DNA of 64,000 nt from Candidatus Saccharimonadota bacterium (lineage in GTDB: Bacteria > Patescibacteriota > Saccharimonadia > Saccharimonadales > 2-12-FULL-41-12), in assembly GCA_022842995.1 (NCBI GenBank), contig JALHOM010000005.1, forward strand, positions 6,503 to 70,502. Direction: 5' to 3'. Positions 37,989 through 46,713 of the stretch are shown one piece after another. Every line of letters starts with the position of its first letter. The stretch's first letter is position 1. The notes under the pieces were generated by a model. That model worked only from the letters and a program-made list of their open reading frames with translations. It was not told the origin of the DNA and searched no databases. The translations under genes were made by a program, and so were the position numbers.

Positions 37989-38396
37989 ATGAGCGGACAG
38001 TTCCAGGGCCATGTCGTCACGCCTGAAGTTTTCTTGCCCGCTGTCGAAGACGACTCATTCTTCTCTCTAGAAACAACGTTTGATGAGCTCGTTAAGGCTG
38101 CCGTGGATTCACCAGAAGACGAGGTTGTATTTGAACAGATCCAGTCCATTTTATCGGATGCTGCTTCACGTGAGAGAATTGATTTTGTCATGCGTAGTGC
38201 TATGCAGCTAGGGGCTATGGCTTGTCTTCATAACCATATGCAAGGACTTGCGTCGATGGCCGAAGGTTTGGTGTTCGACGGTCAAGGGCATGGCGGTGAG
38301 CGTGATGACGGGCATGGGCATGGACATTCTTCCAAAGATGAAGATGTCTGCCTAAGTGGTAAATGTGGCACTTGTAAATCCTGTAAGAAGAAATAA
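37989..38396 (+). CDS. hypothetical acidic protein with His-rich and Cys-rich basic C-terminus
   Basis: Starts directly after the upstream stop. The tail is GHGGERDDGHGHGHSSKDEDVCLSGKCGTCKSCKKK. Confidence 0.5.
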   Translation: MSGQFQGHVVTPEVFLPAVEDDSFFSLETTFDELVKAAVDSPEDEVVFEQIQSILSDAASRERIDFVMRSAMQLGAMACLHNHMQGLASMAEGLVFDGQGHGGERDDGHGHGHSSKDEDVCLSGKCGTCKSCKKK

Positions 38397-38406
38397 AGTA
38401 GCCAAA

Positions 38407-39660
38407 CTACGCGCGTTTTAGGAGGAGTTCGAAGTATTCGGTTCCGCCAAAAGGGATTTTTTGTTTGACTCGGCGCTTGCCTTCGAGGGTGTCGAGCGAA
38501 TGAATCATGAAGGTTCCATAGCGTTCGTTGACTTCATCGACGGCAGTGGTCAGCCATTCTTGGCGATTAACTTCGTCGAACAGGCTGTATTGGCTACGAG
38601 CTGAAGGCGTGAGCTGATAGCACGTGATTCCCATGCTAGTAACGTAGAGATGTTTTGGGCGTTGATTAAATAGGTAGAGGGCGCGTGAGTAGATATCTCG
38701 GTCGGTGTAAAAGCTCGACTTAAACATTTTGCGCTTGTACCAATAGTCGCCGGTTTGGAAAGTCGCCCAAACTAGTACGCCGCGGGCATCGAAGTTGTTG
38801 TAGCGAAGTTTCTTGCCGGTCGTTTCGCAGAGGTAGTGAAAGCGGGGTAGGATATCTGCATCGCTGTTGGTGCGTAGGTCAAGCACGAACTGTCTGCCCA
38901 CTTGACCTTTATTGGTTGGGTTGCCATCTACCTCGTGGCCACGCAGGCGGTTGTGCCAGTCTTCGCCGATTACGCTATGAAAAACAAACCGTTTCAGGTG
39001 GTCTGCCGAAGCTTCTAAAAACTGCATAGGTGTAAAAATGCCGGTTGCATTGAGGCGAGCTTCAAAGTGCTTTGCAATGCCGGTGAGATCGGTCAGCTCA
39101 ATACTCTTGTAGTAGTCGATAAGATTGCGGTGATCGATGGTGTCGAGACCGTCTGGCTTGTGCCAGCTGGCGGCCTGTTTGGCCAAAAAGCGGTTTGGGG
39201 CAATACCGACGTTAATACGCATCCAGCAACCGATTTCATCTCGTACGCGTTGTTTTATCTCGTATCCAATATCTTGCAAGGAGCGGTCTTTTAAGAGGTC
39301 GTCCATGCCGTGAAAATCAATCACGCCTTCATCGATAGACTTCATTTTCACGTTCGGCGAATAGTCCTGCATAATGGCGCAGATTTTTTGGTAGACATGG
39401 TGGTATTTGGGCGGGTCGGTTTCTAGAATGATAAAGTCTGGGCAAATGCTCTTAGCTTCATCGAGCCGCATGCCAACTTTGATCCCCAGGGCTTTGGCTT
39501 CGTACGAGGCTGCTATAACGCAACAATGTTTGGAGATGCGGTTGGTAACGCCCATTGGTCGACCGCGCAAGTGCGGATGAGCTTGTTGCTCGGTTGTGGC
39601 AAAGGCACTATTGAGGTCAATGAACATAATACGTGGTTTTTCGGTGTTAAGGCCGTACAT
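38407..39660 (-). CDS. Y-family DNA polymerase (DinB/UmuC-like translesion polymerase)
   Basis: IMFIDLNSAFATTEQ (catalytic Asp motif), SIDEGVIDF and a little-finger region. A GGAGG Shine-Dalgarno sequence lies 5 nt upstream of the ATG at 39660. Confidence 0.85.
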   Translation of the reverse strand: MYGLNTEKPRIMFIDLNSAFATTEQQAHPHLRGRPMGVTNRISKHCCVIAASYEAKALGIKVGMRLDEAKSICPDFIILETDPPKYHHVYQKICAIMQDYSPNVKMKSIDEGVIDFHGMDDLLKDRSLQDIGYEIKQRVRDEIGCWMRINVGIAPNRFLAKQAASWHKPDGLDTIDHRNLIDYYKSIELTDLTGIAKHFEARLNATGIFTPMQFLEASADHLKRFVFHSVIGEDWHNRLRGHEVDGNPTNKGQVGRQFVLDLRTNSDADILPRFHYLCETTGKKLRYNNFDARGVLVWATFQTGDYWYKRKMFKSSFYTDRDIYSRALYLFNQRPKHLYVTSMGITCYQLTPSARSQYSLFDEVNRQEWLTTAVDEVNERYGTFMIHSLDTLEGKRRVKQKIPFGGTEYFELLLKRA

Positions 39661-39744
39661 ACGTACCTCCAGCAATCAATCCCGCATATGTTTTGCGCAG
39701 GGTCTGACCCTGCGCAAAACAGGGGTAGGTGAGATGGTTTGGGT

Positions 39745-40020
39745 TCATAGGGATTTGCCGTCCAGTATGGCGGTTAGTGTCCAGGTGAGGCCTTCGGCGT
39801 CGAATTCGAGGCGATAATCATTGACGCCGTCGGACATATCGAAAACATGGATCATGCGCTTGCCCTTAGAGGTCGGGTGGCGCATGCCTAGCTCACTGAA
39901 GGTTATTTCTTGGTTTTTATAGCGCATTTTGTGTGGCAGGCAGATTTGGCTGACATCAAGGTTTTTTCGGAAGAGTGCCACCACTTCAACGCGCTCGTTT
40001 AGTGGGGTTATTGGGTCCAT
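39745..40020 (-). CDS. hypothetical 91-aa protein, first gene of the Y-family polymerase cassette
   Basis: Same strand, 85 nt upstream of the polymerase gene. No recognisable domain. Confidence 0.55.
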   Translation of the reverse strand: MDPITPLNERVEVVALFRKNLDVSQICLPHKMRYKNQEITFSELGMRHPTSKGKRMIHVFDMSDGVNDYRLEFDAEGLTWTLTAILDGKSL

Positions 40021-40046
40021 GGGATACTCCGTATGAGAAATTAGAA

Positions 40047-40072
40047 TTCGCTATACAGCGAAAGAAATTATA
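40047..40072 (-). promoter_or_regulatory. candidate -10 box (TATAAT, 40067-40072) followed by a 16-bp near-palindrome TTCGCTGTATAGCGAA (40047-40062): possible operator
   Basis: Read on the minus strand: TTTATAATTTCTTTCGCTGTATAGCGAATTC, then 26 nt to the ATG at 40020. A perfect version, TTCGCTGTACAGCGAA, recurs at 1199-1214. Confidence 0.3.
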
Positions 40073-40316
40073 AATTGGTCGTCGGTCTGTAATAGAGGCG
40101 AGAGATGTACAACAAAGGGGGGGTTAAGGGGTTTGCATATATAAAAAACAAACCAAAAAGAGATGAGGCTTATATAACTAAAATTATTACTAAAGATCAA
40201 ACAGGGGCCGGAGCATGTTTGTCTGGTGCTTGTATATAAAGCCTGAAGACGATGGAACTGGGCTGTATCCGCCCGGAACTCATGTCTCCATGACTATGTA
40301 TTAGTATACTCTGATT

Positions 40317-41438
40317 TTAGGCAGCGAGGCGAGAAGATTGGTTTTGGGTTACTTGAATGCGCCGGAGTATGCCGGGAGCGTTGCCGAGTCGGCTGCTGAT
40401 ATTGATAGGCAGAGGGGTGTCGGCATTGCGATAGGCGTCCGGCAGTACAGTAGCTAGCTCTAAAGTTCGCTGCGTTCCAATTGTTCTGGCACTTTGGATT
40501 AAGAAATTAGATGATCCATCTGGAGAAACGGTGGCCGCACTCGTCATGAGATCCATGCCGGTCATTTGCCGCAGGCTGTAGGCGAAGCTATCAATATCAG
40601 GGTAGGATCGATCATCGCCGGCTAGTCGTTTGACGCGGGCTTCTTCTACGAACAGCATAAAAAACCCAAGACCAACGGTGTTGAGTGGGTATTGGGTGTG
40701 GAGGAACTCGTGCGTTAGTTTTTCGGGGTGTTTACCATCTAGGATTGCTCGGGCAGTATCTATAGGAAAAACAGCAAGCGACATGTCGCCAAGCTTAATA
40801 GTCCAGGCTGACCCGCAAAAACCTTGGCCGCCAAAACGTGCCTGAAATTGCTCGGTATTTTTATTGAGTTGATCGGCATTTACTTCCGCCCCTGATTTAC
40901 TGCCCGGTTGGCTTAAAACGTTAAGTACTGTGATTCTGTAAGGCTGCTCAGCCACTGGCAAAGAGCTTTCAGGGAGTGTGTATTTTATGGCAGCAAGCTT
41001 GGCGTGTAGTTGCCGCGAAAGTTTGGGGTTTATGAAATCAAAGTGCGCTTCCTGAATTTCTTCTTCGGACAGCGTTAAGCTCGGTGAAATCTTATCCCGA
41101 TTAAACATGTAATACCTGTGGGCAACACCACCAAGCAGCAAGAGCATGTCGCTGGCTAGTAGTCTTTGTGCTATGGCCTCTTCTTGGTTGATGTGGCCTG
41201 ACGACCGGGCATTATTTGTTAAGATGATGCGCTCAGTAATTGCGAGCAGCAGAAATTGGGCTGCTGGATTTTCTAAAAATCCATAAGATCTAAAATGATT
41301 TTCTGTTTGTTGCTGGGCATCTTCAATAAGCTGGTTGCCGAGTCTGGCGAAAGCCGGCACGGACGTCGCTACGCCCGAAAGATCCGGAGTGGTGCTTAAG
41401 TTGGGCGTGGCAGTTCGCGCCTCTTTTACCTCGATCAT
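40317..41438 (-). CDS. hypothetical protein with HExxH motif (putative zincin-like metallopeptidase)
   Basis: 373 aa. The only recognisable feature is LTHEFLHTQY (HEFLH). Confidence 0.45.
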   Translation of the reverse strand: MIEVKEARTATPNLSTTPDLSGVATSVPAFARLGNQLIEDAQQQTENHFRSYGFLENPAAQFLLLAITERIILTNNARSSGHINQEEAIAQRLLASDMLLLLGGVAHRYYMFNRDKISPSLTLSEEEIQEAHFDFINPKLSRQLHAKLAAIKYTLPESSLPVAEQPYRITVLNVLSQPGSKSGAEVNADQLNKNTEQFQARFGGQGFCGSAWTIKLGDMSLAVFPIDTARAILDGKHPEKLTHEFLHTQYPLNTVGLGFFMLFVEEARVKRLAGDDRSYPDIDSFAYSLRQMTGMDLMTSAATVSPDGSSNFLIQSARTIGTQRTLELATVLPDAYRNADTPLPINISSRLGNAPGILRRIQVTQNQSSRLAA

Positions 41439-41574
41439 TTTTGTCTCTTTTTATCTTGATTTTAATTAGAGTATGATTATTTTAGTATATAGTTGCTTTA
41501 TTGTCAATACATTTTAAGAATAATTTAGAGAGGTGCTTAAATAACATGTGGATCGTACAGACTATAATAGATAT

Positions 41575-41838
41575 ATGAGTTATAAAGTCATAGACGTTAG
41601 AGAGCCAGGTGAGTATAAACTAGGGCATGTCGAGGGCGCTTTGAATATTCCTGTTGCTAAAATCAAGACGTCCAAAGAAATAAAGGCCCTCGCGAAGGAC
41701 CAAAAAATAATTGTCTATTGTGCTTCCGGCGGTCGATCGGCCATGGTCCATAAAACGTTAGTAGGCATGGGCTATGAAGAAGTAATCAACGGTACTAATA
41801 AATCTATGACCGAACGTTTTTTATACGAAAATCAATAG
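41575..41838 (+). CDS. single-domain rhodanese-like sulfurtransferase
   Basis: VIDVREPGEY...GHVEGALNIP...YCASGGRS active-site loop. ATG at 41575 is preferred to GTG at 41548. Confidence 0.75.
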   Translation: MSYKVIDVREPGEYKLGHVEGALNIPVAKIKTSKEIKALAKDQKIIVYCASGGRSAMVHKTLVGMGYEEVINGTNKSMTERFLYENQ

Positions 41839-41839
41839 T

Positions 41840-42472
41840 TTAAGCGACGGCTTTCAAGGCTAGCTGGCCGGTACGCGGTGCGTTTGTGGCTTTCATTGTC
41901 AATTTAGAAAGATCATCCAACGACTTAACTGCGTCAAAGTCGGCGCGCGTGCTGCCCGATACGTTCCTGTGAGTCATAAATGACAACAGAAGCGAGTGCG
42001 CTGAAGCGAGTGCGCTTGATAATGTATCAAGAATTTCTCCGGGGTTTGTTTGGATATGGGCATTATTGCGGAAAGATTTAGCAAGGTCGGTGGCCACAAC
42101 AAAGAACTGGCCGTCTAAACGTTCAGCTTCCTTAAATCCTTGGCGAATGTGACGGAGGCCTTTACATGCACTTTCTAAAAAATCGGACTCAAACTGCTCT
42201 GCGATTTGTTCGGGCGTAATCACAATGCGGGGATTTTGAGTATCGGTTTCTTGATTGCCTGCGAGTAATGCGATAACCGAAAAGCCCGCATAAAGTTCTT
42301 CACCAGTTTGAGTTCGCATATAGGGTTCGTTTGTTGGATCTAGTTTGTCCACCATCTCTGCTAATTGCAAATGTGGGCCAGAGGTTGTTTCGATAATTTC
42401 TGCCCGGACATGTTCAGGAATCTTAAATCCTTGGTGGGGTCTTAATTCCGCAAGTTGAGTTCGGGTAGACAT
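41840..42472 (-). CDS. hypothetical protein
   Basis: 210-aa ORF with no recognisable motif. Confidence 0.45.
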   Translation of the reverse strand: MSTRTQLAELRPHQGFKIPEHVRAEIIETTSGPHLQLAEMVDKLDPTNEPYMRTQTGEELYAGFSVIALLAGNQETDTQNPRIVITPEQIAEQFESDFLESACKGLRHIRQGFKEAERLDGQFFVVATDLAKSFRNNAHIQTNPGEILDTLSSALASAHSLLLSFMTHRNVSGSTRADFDAVKSLDDLSKLTMKATNAPRTGQLALKAVA

Positions 42473-42503
42473 ATCTTTATATTAGCATAAAAACGATGAA
42501 AAA

Positions 42504-43427
42504 TCAACTTCGGAGGAGTTTTTGGGCGGTGTCCCACATGCTGGCGTCGCCGTGTTTGACTTTGAGCCAGTACCACCATTCCAGGCCCCACAGGTCGACG
42601 GGGTACAGCTTGGATTTGAGGGCGTAAGCAACATTTTCTTCAAAGAGTTCGGCGTTCATGAACTGCATTTGTTCCTGAACTGGCGTGCTTAAAATGTCTT
42701 TTGGTAGCCATGGTTCGGCTTGAAGTTCGTGTATAAAAAACGGTGTCCGTTTAAAAAGTGCAATTAAATGAGCGCGGAATCTATAAAAAGCCGCCGGTCG
42801 CATAGAGTACGAATAATCACCAAATTTATTGAGTGTAATGCGGTAGAGCGAGGAGGCGAAAATATCTGGTGTTGGTTTGCGGAAAGGGAAGCCCCAAGAG
42901 TCAGACAGGGTCATGATGACTGGATGGTTTGGGTCGGTATTTTTGACGATCTCTAGTTCTTTTTTAAGCCGAGAATGAGAGAAATCTTGATCGACGCAGT
43001 AGCCAAATTTCTTGAGTAAAGCCTCGTTTTCAAGCTGCCACGATTCGAGTGCCGGGTGGTCTTTATATCTGGTAACGACGGTTTCGATGTATGCAAATAA
43101 TGCTTGATGCCACTCTTCTTTCGGTAGGTCAGCGGCCCAGTTAGGGATGTGGCATTCAGGCCAACGTGGTTGGCGTTTGCCAAGACACAGACTAACCTTG
43201 GCGCCATAAAAGTGGGCCATGTCCATCTGCCAGTCGAGTTCTTTGAAGTTGTAGGAATCGGGCTTGGGCTCATGAATATTCCAATAACTCATCAGTCGAA
43301 GCCTTTTAAAGCCCAGATCTCGAAGAGTAGCGCGGAGCAGGGTTTTCTTATTGAGGTCTAGCTCGCTACAACGATGAAGTGAAAAACTAACACCAAGTTT
43401 TTGACTATTGTTCACAAATGTAATCAT
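42504..43427 (-). CDS. glycoside hydrolase-like TIM-barrel protein (clan GH-A-like)
   Basis: RLRLMSYWNIHEPKPDSYNF and WQLENEA (an NE acid/base-like motif), as in GH5/GH42-type enzymes. No signal peptide. Confidence 0.5.
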   Translation of the reverse strand: MITFVNNSQKLGVSFSLHRCSELDLNKKTLLRATLRDLGFKRLRLMSYWNIHEPKPDSYNFKELDWQMDMAHFYGAKVSLCLGKRQPRWPECHIPNWAADLPKEEWHQALFAYIETVVTRYKDHPALESWQLENEALLKKFGYCVDQDFSHSRLKKELEIVKNTDPNHPVIMTLSDSWGFPFRKPTPDIFASSLYRITLNKFGDYSYSMRPAAFYRFRAHLIALFKRTPFFIHELQAEPWLPKDILSTPVQEQMQFMNAELFEENVAYALKSKLYPVDLWGLEWWYWLKVKHGDASMWDTAQKLLRS

Positions 43428-43531
43428 AACAGAAGTGCACTTACCCAGGTATTGTATTATTGTGTCCTCTGTCGCAATTTAAGCTATACTTTTTATAGTT
43501 ATGAATGAACTAAAAGGCTAGTCAGTAACTT

Positions 43532-44833
43532 GTGCGTTTAAGCGAACAATTACGCCATAAACTTACCTATTCGGTCATGATATTAATGACCTTGCCTTTT
43601 GTTGTCTTTGTTGCGCTTCCCAGCCAGTGGAATGCAAGTTCGACCACTTTGTATATTAGCTCGTTGGCCGGATTTGTAGGGGTGATACTTTTGATTTGGC
43701 AATTTGCATTAGGTACAAGAGCGGTTAATGCGTTGCTATACCGGGATTTATCGTGGCCACTTAAAGTGCATAAAATATTAGGAAAATGGGGAACGCTCGC
43801 TATATTTTTCCACCCTCTTCTAGTTGTGTACTCTTATGGTGAAGATTTGCTATATGTCTTTGTGCCTAGTTTTAAGACGGATTTTGAGGCGGCAGTTAGC
43901 TGGGGTCGCCTGGGATTCGCATTCTTAGTAGTCCTTTGGGTGAGTTCGGCATTGTTGCGGGGTAAAATTAAATTCCGACCATGGAAGTATCTGCATTATG
44001 TAGCTTATTTGGTTTTGCCATTGGTGCTTCTGCATGGATTTTACGCAAGTACTACCCTAGCCACGAACAATTTCTTGCTTGGATATTGGTACGCCCTAGC
44101 TCTTCTGTTTGTATGTATATTGGTCATGCGGTCTCTGCATATTGCCGGAATTGGCAAGCATCGTTTTAGTGTAGTAGAAAATTCGGCACTGAATGATGAA
44201 GTCCAGTTGCTGCGTCTAAGGACGAAGGCGAGTAAACTGAGGGTCCAAAAAGGGCAGTATGTTTATCTGCAGAACAGGCTGCTGAGCGAGGAGCATCCAT
44301 TTACTGTTCTTGCGATCGATAAATCAGGAACAGAGATATCGATAGCCTACAAAGTCGTAGGCTCATTCACCGCTAAATTACGTGCGACGGTAGTTCCAGG
44401 AGACGTCTTGATCGTAGATGGCCCATACGGGTTTTTTACAAGAGAGCTTGATGCGGGTTTGGCGTTAAAGCCGATTTTTATTGCTGGCGGGATTGGAATA
44501 ACTCCTTTCATGGCGCATCTTACGTCTGATTCGGCATCGGAAAATATTTTGTTTTATGCCAATCGGACGCCTCAGTCGACAGTATTTAACCAGCAATTAA
44601 GACAGGCGCTTGGTAAGGGACTTATCAATATCTACAGTCAAGATGTTGGGAAGCAGATAGGCGCTGAAAGCGGATATATTACGCCAGCGTTGATCAATAA
44701 GTATGTGCAAAAACCACAGGCGCACAGTTACTTCATATGTGGCCCGGAACAGATGATGGCAATGGTTACTGAAGACCTGTTGTCCATGGGTGTTCTTAGG
44801 CAGCAAATATTTACCGAGAAGTTTGGTTTCTAG
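43532..44833 (+). CDS. bacterial NOX-family NADPH oxidase / ferric reductase (ferric-reductase TM domain fused to an FNR-like FAD/NADPH domain)
   Basis: Six TM helices with bis-heme ligands H-x13-H (HKILGKWGTLAIFFH) and H-x12-H (HYVAYLVLPLVLLH). FAD motif HPFTV, NADPH motif GGIGITP and C-terminal CGP. Confidence 0.8.
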   Translation: MRLSEQLRHKLTYSVMILMTLPFVVFVALPSQWNASSTTLYISSLAGFVGVILLIWQFALGTRAVNALLYRDLSWPLKVHKILGKWGTLAIFFHPLLVVYSYGEDLLYVFVPSFKTDFEAAVSWGRLGFAFLVVLWVSSALLRGKIKFRPWKYLHYVAYLVLPLVLLHGFYASTTLATNNFLLGYWYALALLFVCILVMRSLHIAGIGKHRFSVVENSALNDEVQLLRLRTKASKLRVQKGQYVYLQNRLLSEEHPFTVLAIDKSGTEISIAYKVVGSFTAKLRATVVPGDVLIVDGPYGFFTRELDAGLALKPIFIAGGIGITPFMAHLTSDSASENILFYANRTPQSTVFNQQLRQALGKGLINIYSQDVGKQIGAESGYITPALINKYVQKPQAHSYFICGPEQMMAMVTEDLLSMGVLRQQIFTEKFGF

Positions 44834-44875
44834 GTGCGGCAATGAATAGACAGTGCAGCGAAGCTTGCATAGGCC

Positions 44876-45739
44876 TTAGCTACGGACAATGGCAAGGCAG
44901 ATAATGCCAAATACAGTGAAAATAATTCCGAACCACTGAATTTTCAAAAGCTTTTCTTTAAATAAAAAGTAGGCGATGACGACAAACAAGGCAGGCGAGC
45001 TGCCGGCGATAGGTGCAACGACGGCCGTTGGCCCGCTTGTGACGGCCAAGGTATACATGCTGCTACCGGTAACCGACAAAACGGCCGCGATTAAAATTAG
45101 CCATTTATTAGTAGGTGGTTTGAATATTTTTGTTTCGCCGCGAGCAATAGCAATAACAGAAAACAGTACGAGACCAACGACGTAGGCCAGATAGACGGGA
45201 AAGAACCAGCCCAAGGGCTCGACCACCGTTTCGATTAAGCCGTAGAATACTCCCCACAGTAGCAGGGCGGCAAAGGCGTATATGGCGCCACTTGTTCCCA
45301 GGTTTCGTATAAATAGACGCGGTTTGGTGTTGAGTGCTGAGAGAGTGGTAGCGGCGAGGATCAGTATGATGGCAAGTAATTCTGGCGTGTCGACGTCATT
45401 GCTAAATGCAAAAAGTCCTATCAACGTCGCAACCGCAGGATATGACCCGCCGATAACGCCGGTGACAGTGATACTGCCTTTTCGCATAGCAGTGATAAAG
45501 GCTAAAAACCCAAGATTTACACAAACAGCCAATAATGCCGAGAGGCCGATGTAACCGAGGTTGTCGGAAATATCAAAATCACTGACCAACAAAACTAATG
45601 GCATAAATAGGATTACACCAAAGATATTTGCCCATAGTGAAAAAGCGAGGGCAGATGTCTTGCGACTAATTATTCCGTTCAGGTTGTTGAGAATGGCAAA
45701 TGACAGGCTGGTAAGCAGGGCGGCAAGGAGATAGCTCAT
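44876..45739 (-). CDS. EamA/DMT-family transporter
   Basis: 287 aa with 10 predicted TM helices in a duplicated five-TM arrangement. Confidence 0.8.
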   Translation of the reverse strand: MSYLLAALLTSLSFAILNNLNGIISRKTSALAFSLWANIFGVILFMPLVLLVSDFDISDNLGYIGLSALLAVCVNLGFLAFITAMRKGSITVTGVIGGSYPAVATLIGLFAFSNDVDTPELLAIILILAATTLSALNTKPRLFIRNLGTSGAIYAFAALLLWGVFYGLIETVVEPLGWFFPVYLAYVVGLVLFSVIAIARGETKIFKPPTNKWLILIAAVLSVTGSSMYTLAVTSGPTAVVAPIAGSSPALFVVIAYFLFKEKLLKIQWFGIIFTVFGIICLAIVRS

Positions 45740-45903
45740 TCTTTGGGAGATTTACCTTCGATTTTTGATTTTGACCTTTTTACTATAAAGATAACTGTAG
45801 CGATTACCGTCAGTAAAAACCCTGCTACCGCGATGTAGAGTACCAGATGCGTGGAGTCATTAGTTGAGTGATCGTGACCTGGGTGGGCAAAATAAATACG
45901 CAT
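45736..45903 (-). CDS. small membrane protein (55 aa) with His-rich N-terminus, translationally coupled to the EamA gene
   Basis: MRIYFAHPGHDHSTNDSTHLVLYIAVAGFLLTVIATVIFIVKRSKSKIEGKSPKE. Its stop overlaps the EamA ATG (ATGA). Below the ORF-track cutoff. Confidence 0.45.
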   Translation of the reverse strand: MRIYFAHPGHDHSTNDSTHLVLYIAVAGFLLTVIATVIFIVKRSKSKIEGKSPKE

Positions 45904-45943
45904 AAGCCTTATTCTAACATTTCTTTAAAAGGCGTTTACTTAG

Positions 45944-46567
45944 TTAGGTGTCCAGAGATTGCCACAGGTGTAGGCTAGCAATAGTACGATATGGAGCCCA
46001 GTTTTCTGCTATGGCGACGAGATCTTTTGGCGGGGGAGTGGAGGATAGTTTGCGACTTAACATTATGGCGCGCTGCAAGCCAGCGTCAGCCGGGGCAAAG
46101 ATGTCTGGGCGTCCAAGGGTAAAGATCAGGAACATTTGGGCGGTCCAGACACCGATGCCTTTTACATTCGTTAGCTCGGTGACGACCTTGTCGTCGTCGA
46201 GGTTTTCGAGATGTTTATAAACCCCTGGGTCTTTCAAGAAATGTGCCGATAAATCATAGATGTAGCTGGCCTTTTGCCGTGATAAACCAACAGCTCTCAG
46301 TTCATCAATACTTAACACGTTAACTATTTTTGGATCGCATTTTGTTAGCGTCTCGAACCTCGAGAATATCGTTCGTGCTGCCGCAAGGGATACTTGCTGC
46401 GAGATAATACTGCTACACAGAGCGTAAAAATAATCAGATTCGGGCGTTGGAATTTTGAGTTTTTGAGAGGTAATTATAACCCGCAAATCTGGATCAACCT
46501 CTGATAAAAAACGCTCCCCTTCGGAAATAAGTTCTGCTGAATTAAAGATACTTGAGCGCTGAGTCAT
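45944..46567 (-). CDS. DNA-3-methyladenine glycosylase II-like HhH-GPD protein (AlkA-type)
   Basis: SIISQQVSLAAART, HhH motif VKGIGVWTAQMFLIF and catalytic Asp context FAPADAGLQRA. Confidence 0.75.
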   Translation of the reverse strand: MTQRSSIFNSAELISEGERFLSEVDPDLRVIITSQKLKIPTPESDYFYALCSSIISQQVSLAAARTIFSRFETLTKCDPKIVNVLSIDELRAVGLSRQKASYIYDLSAHFLKDPGVYKHLENLDDDKVVTELTNVKGIGVWTAQMFLIFTLGRPDIFAPADAGLQRAIMLSRKLSSTPPPKDLVAIAENWAPYRTIASLHLWQSLDT

Positions 46568-46713
46568 AGCGATACTATATCGTGAAATTCGGCAACCCCC
46601 ATAGCTTTAAATTGTAGTTTTGTAACAAACTATGGCTGGAGGTTGTCTGCATGCTACAATGCATGCTAACTCGCATGCAATGTAATGCCCCTCGGGGCAG
46701 GAGCTTCACAACT

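Noticed and set aside
46600-46713. GCATGC-rich segment upstream of guaB (GCATGCTACAATGCATGCTAACTCGCATGCAATG) as a riboswitch or operator
   Set aside because: There are three GCATGC palindromes and a TACAAT. However, I can derive no convincing fold or known purine-riboswitch core, so it may simply be promoter sequence. Not enough support.
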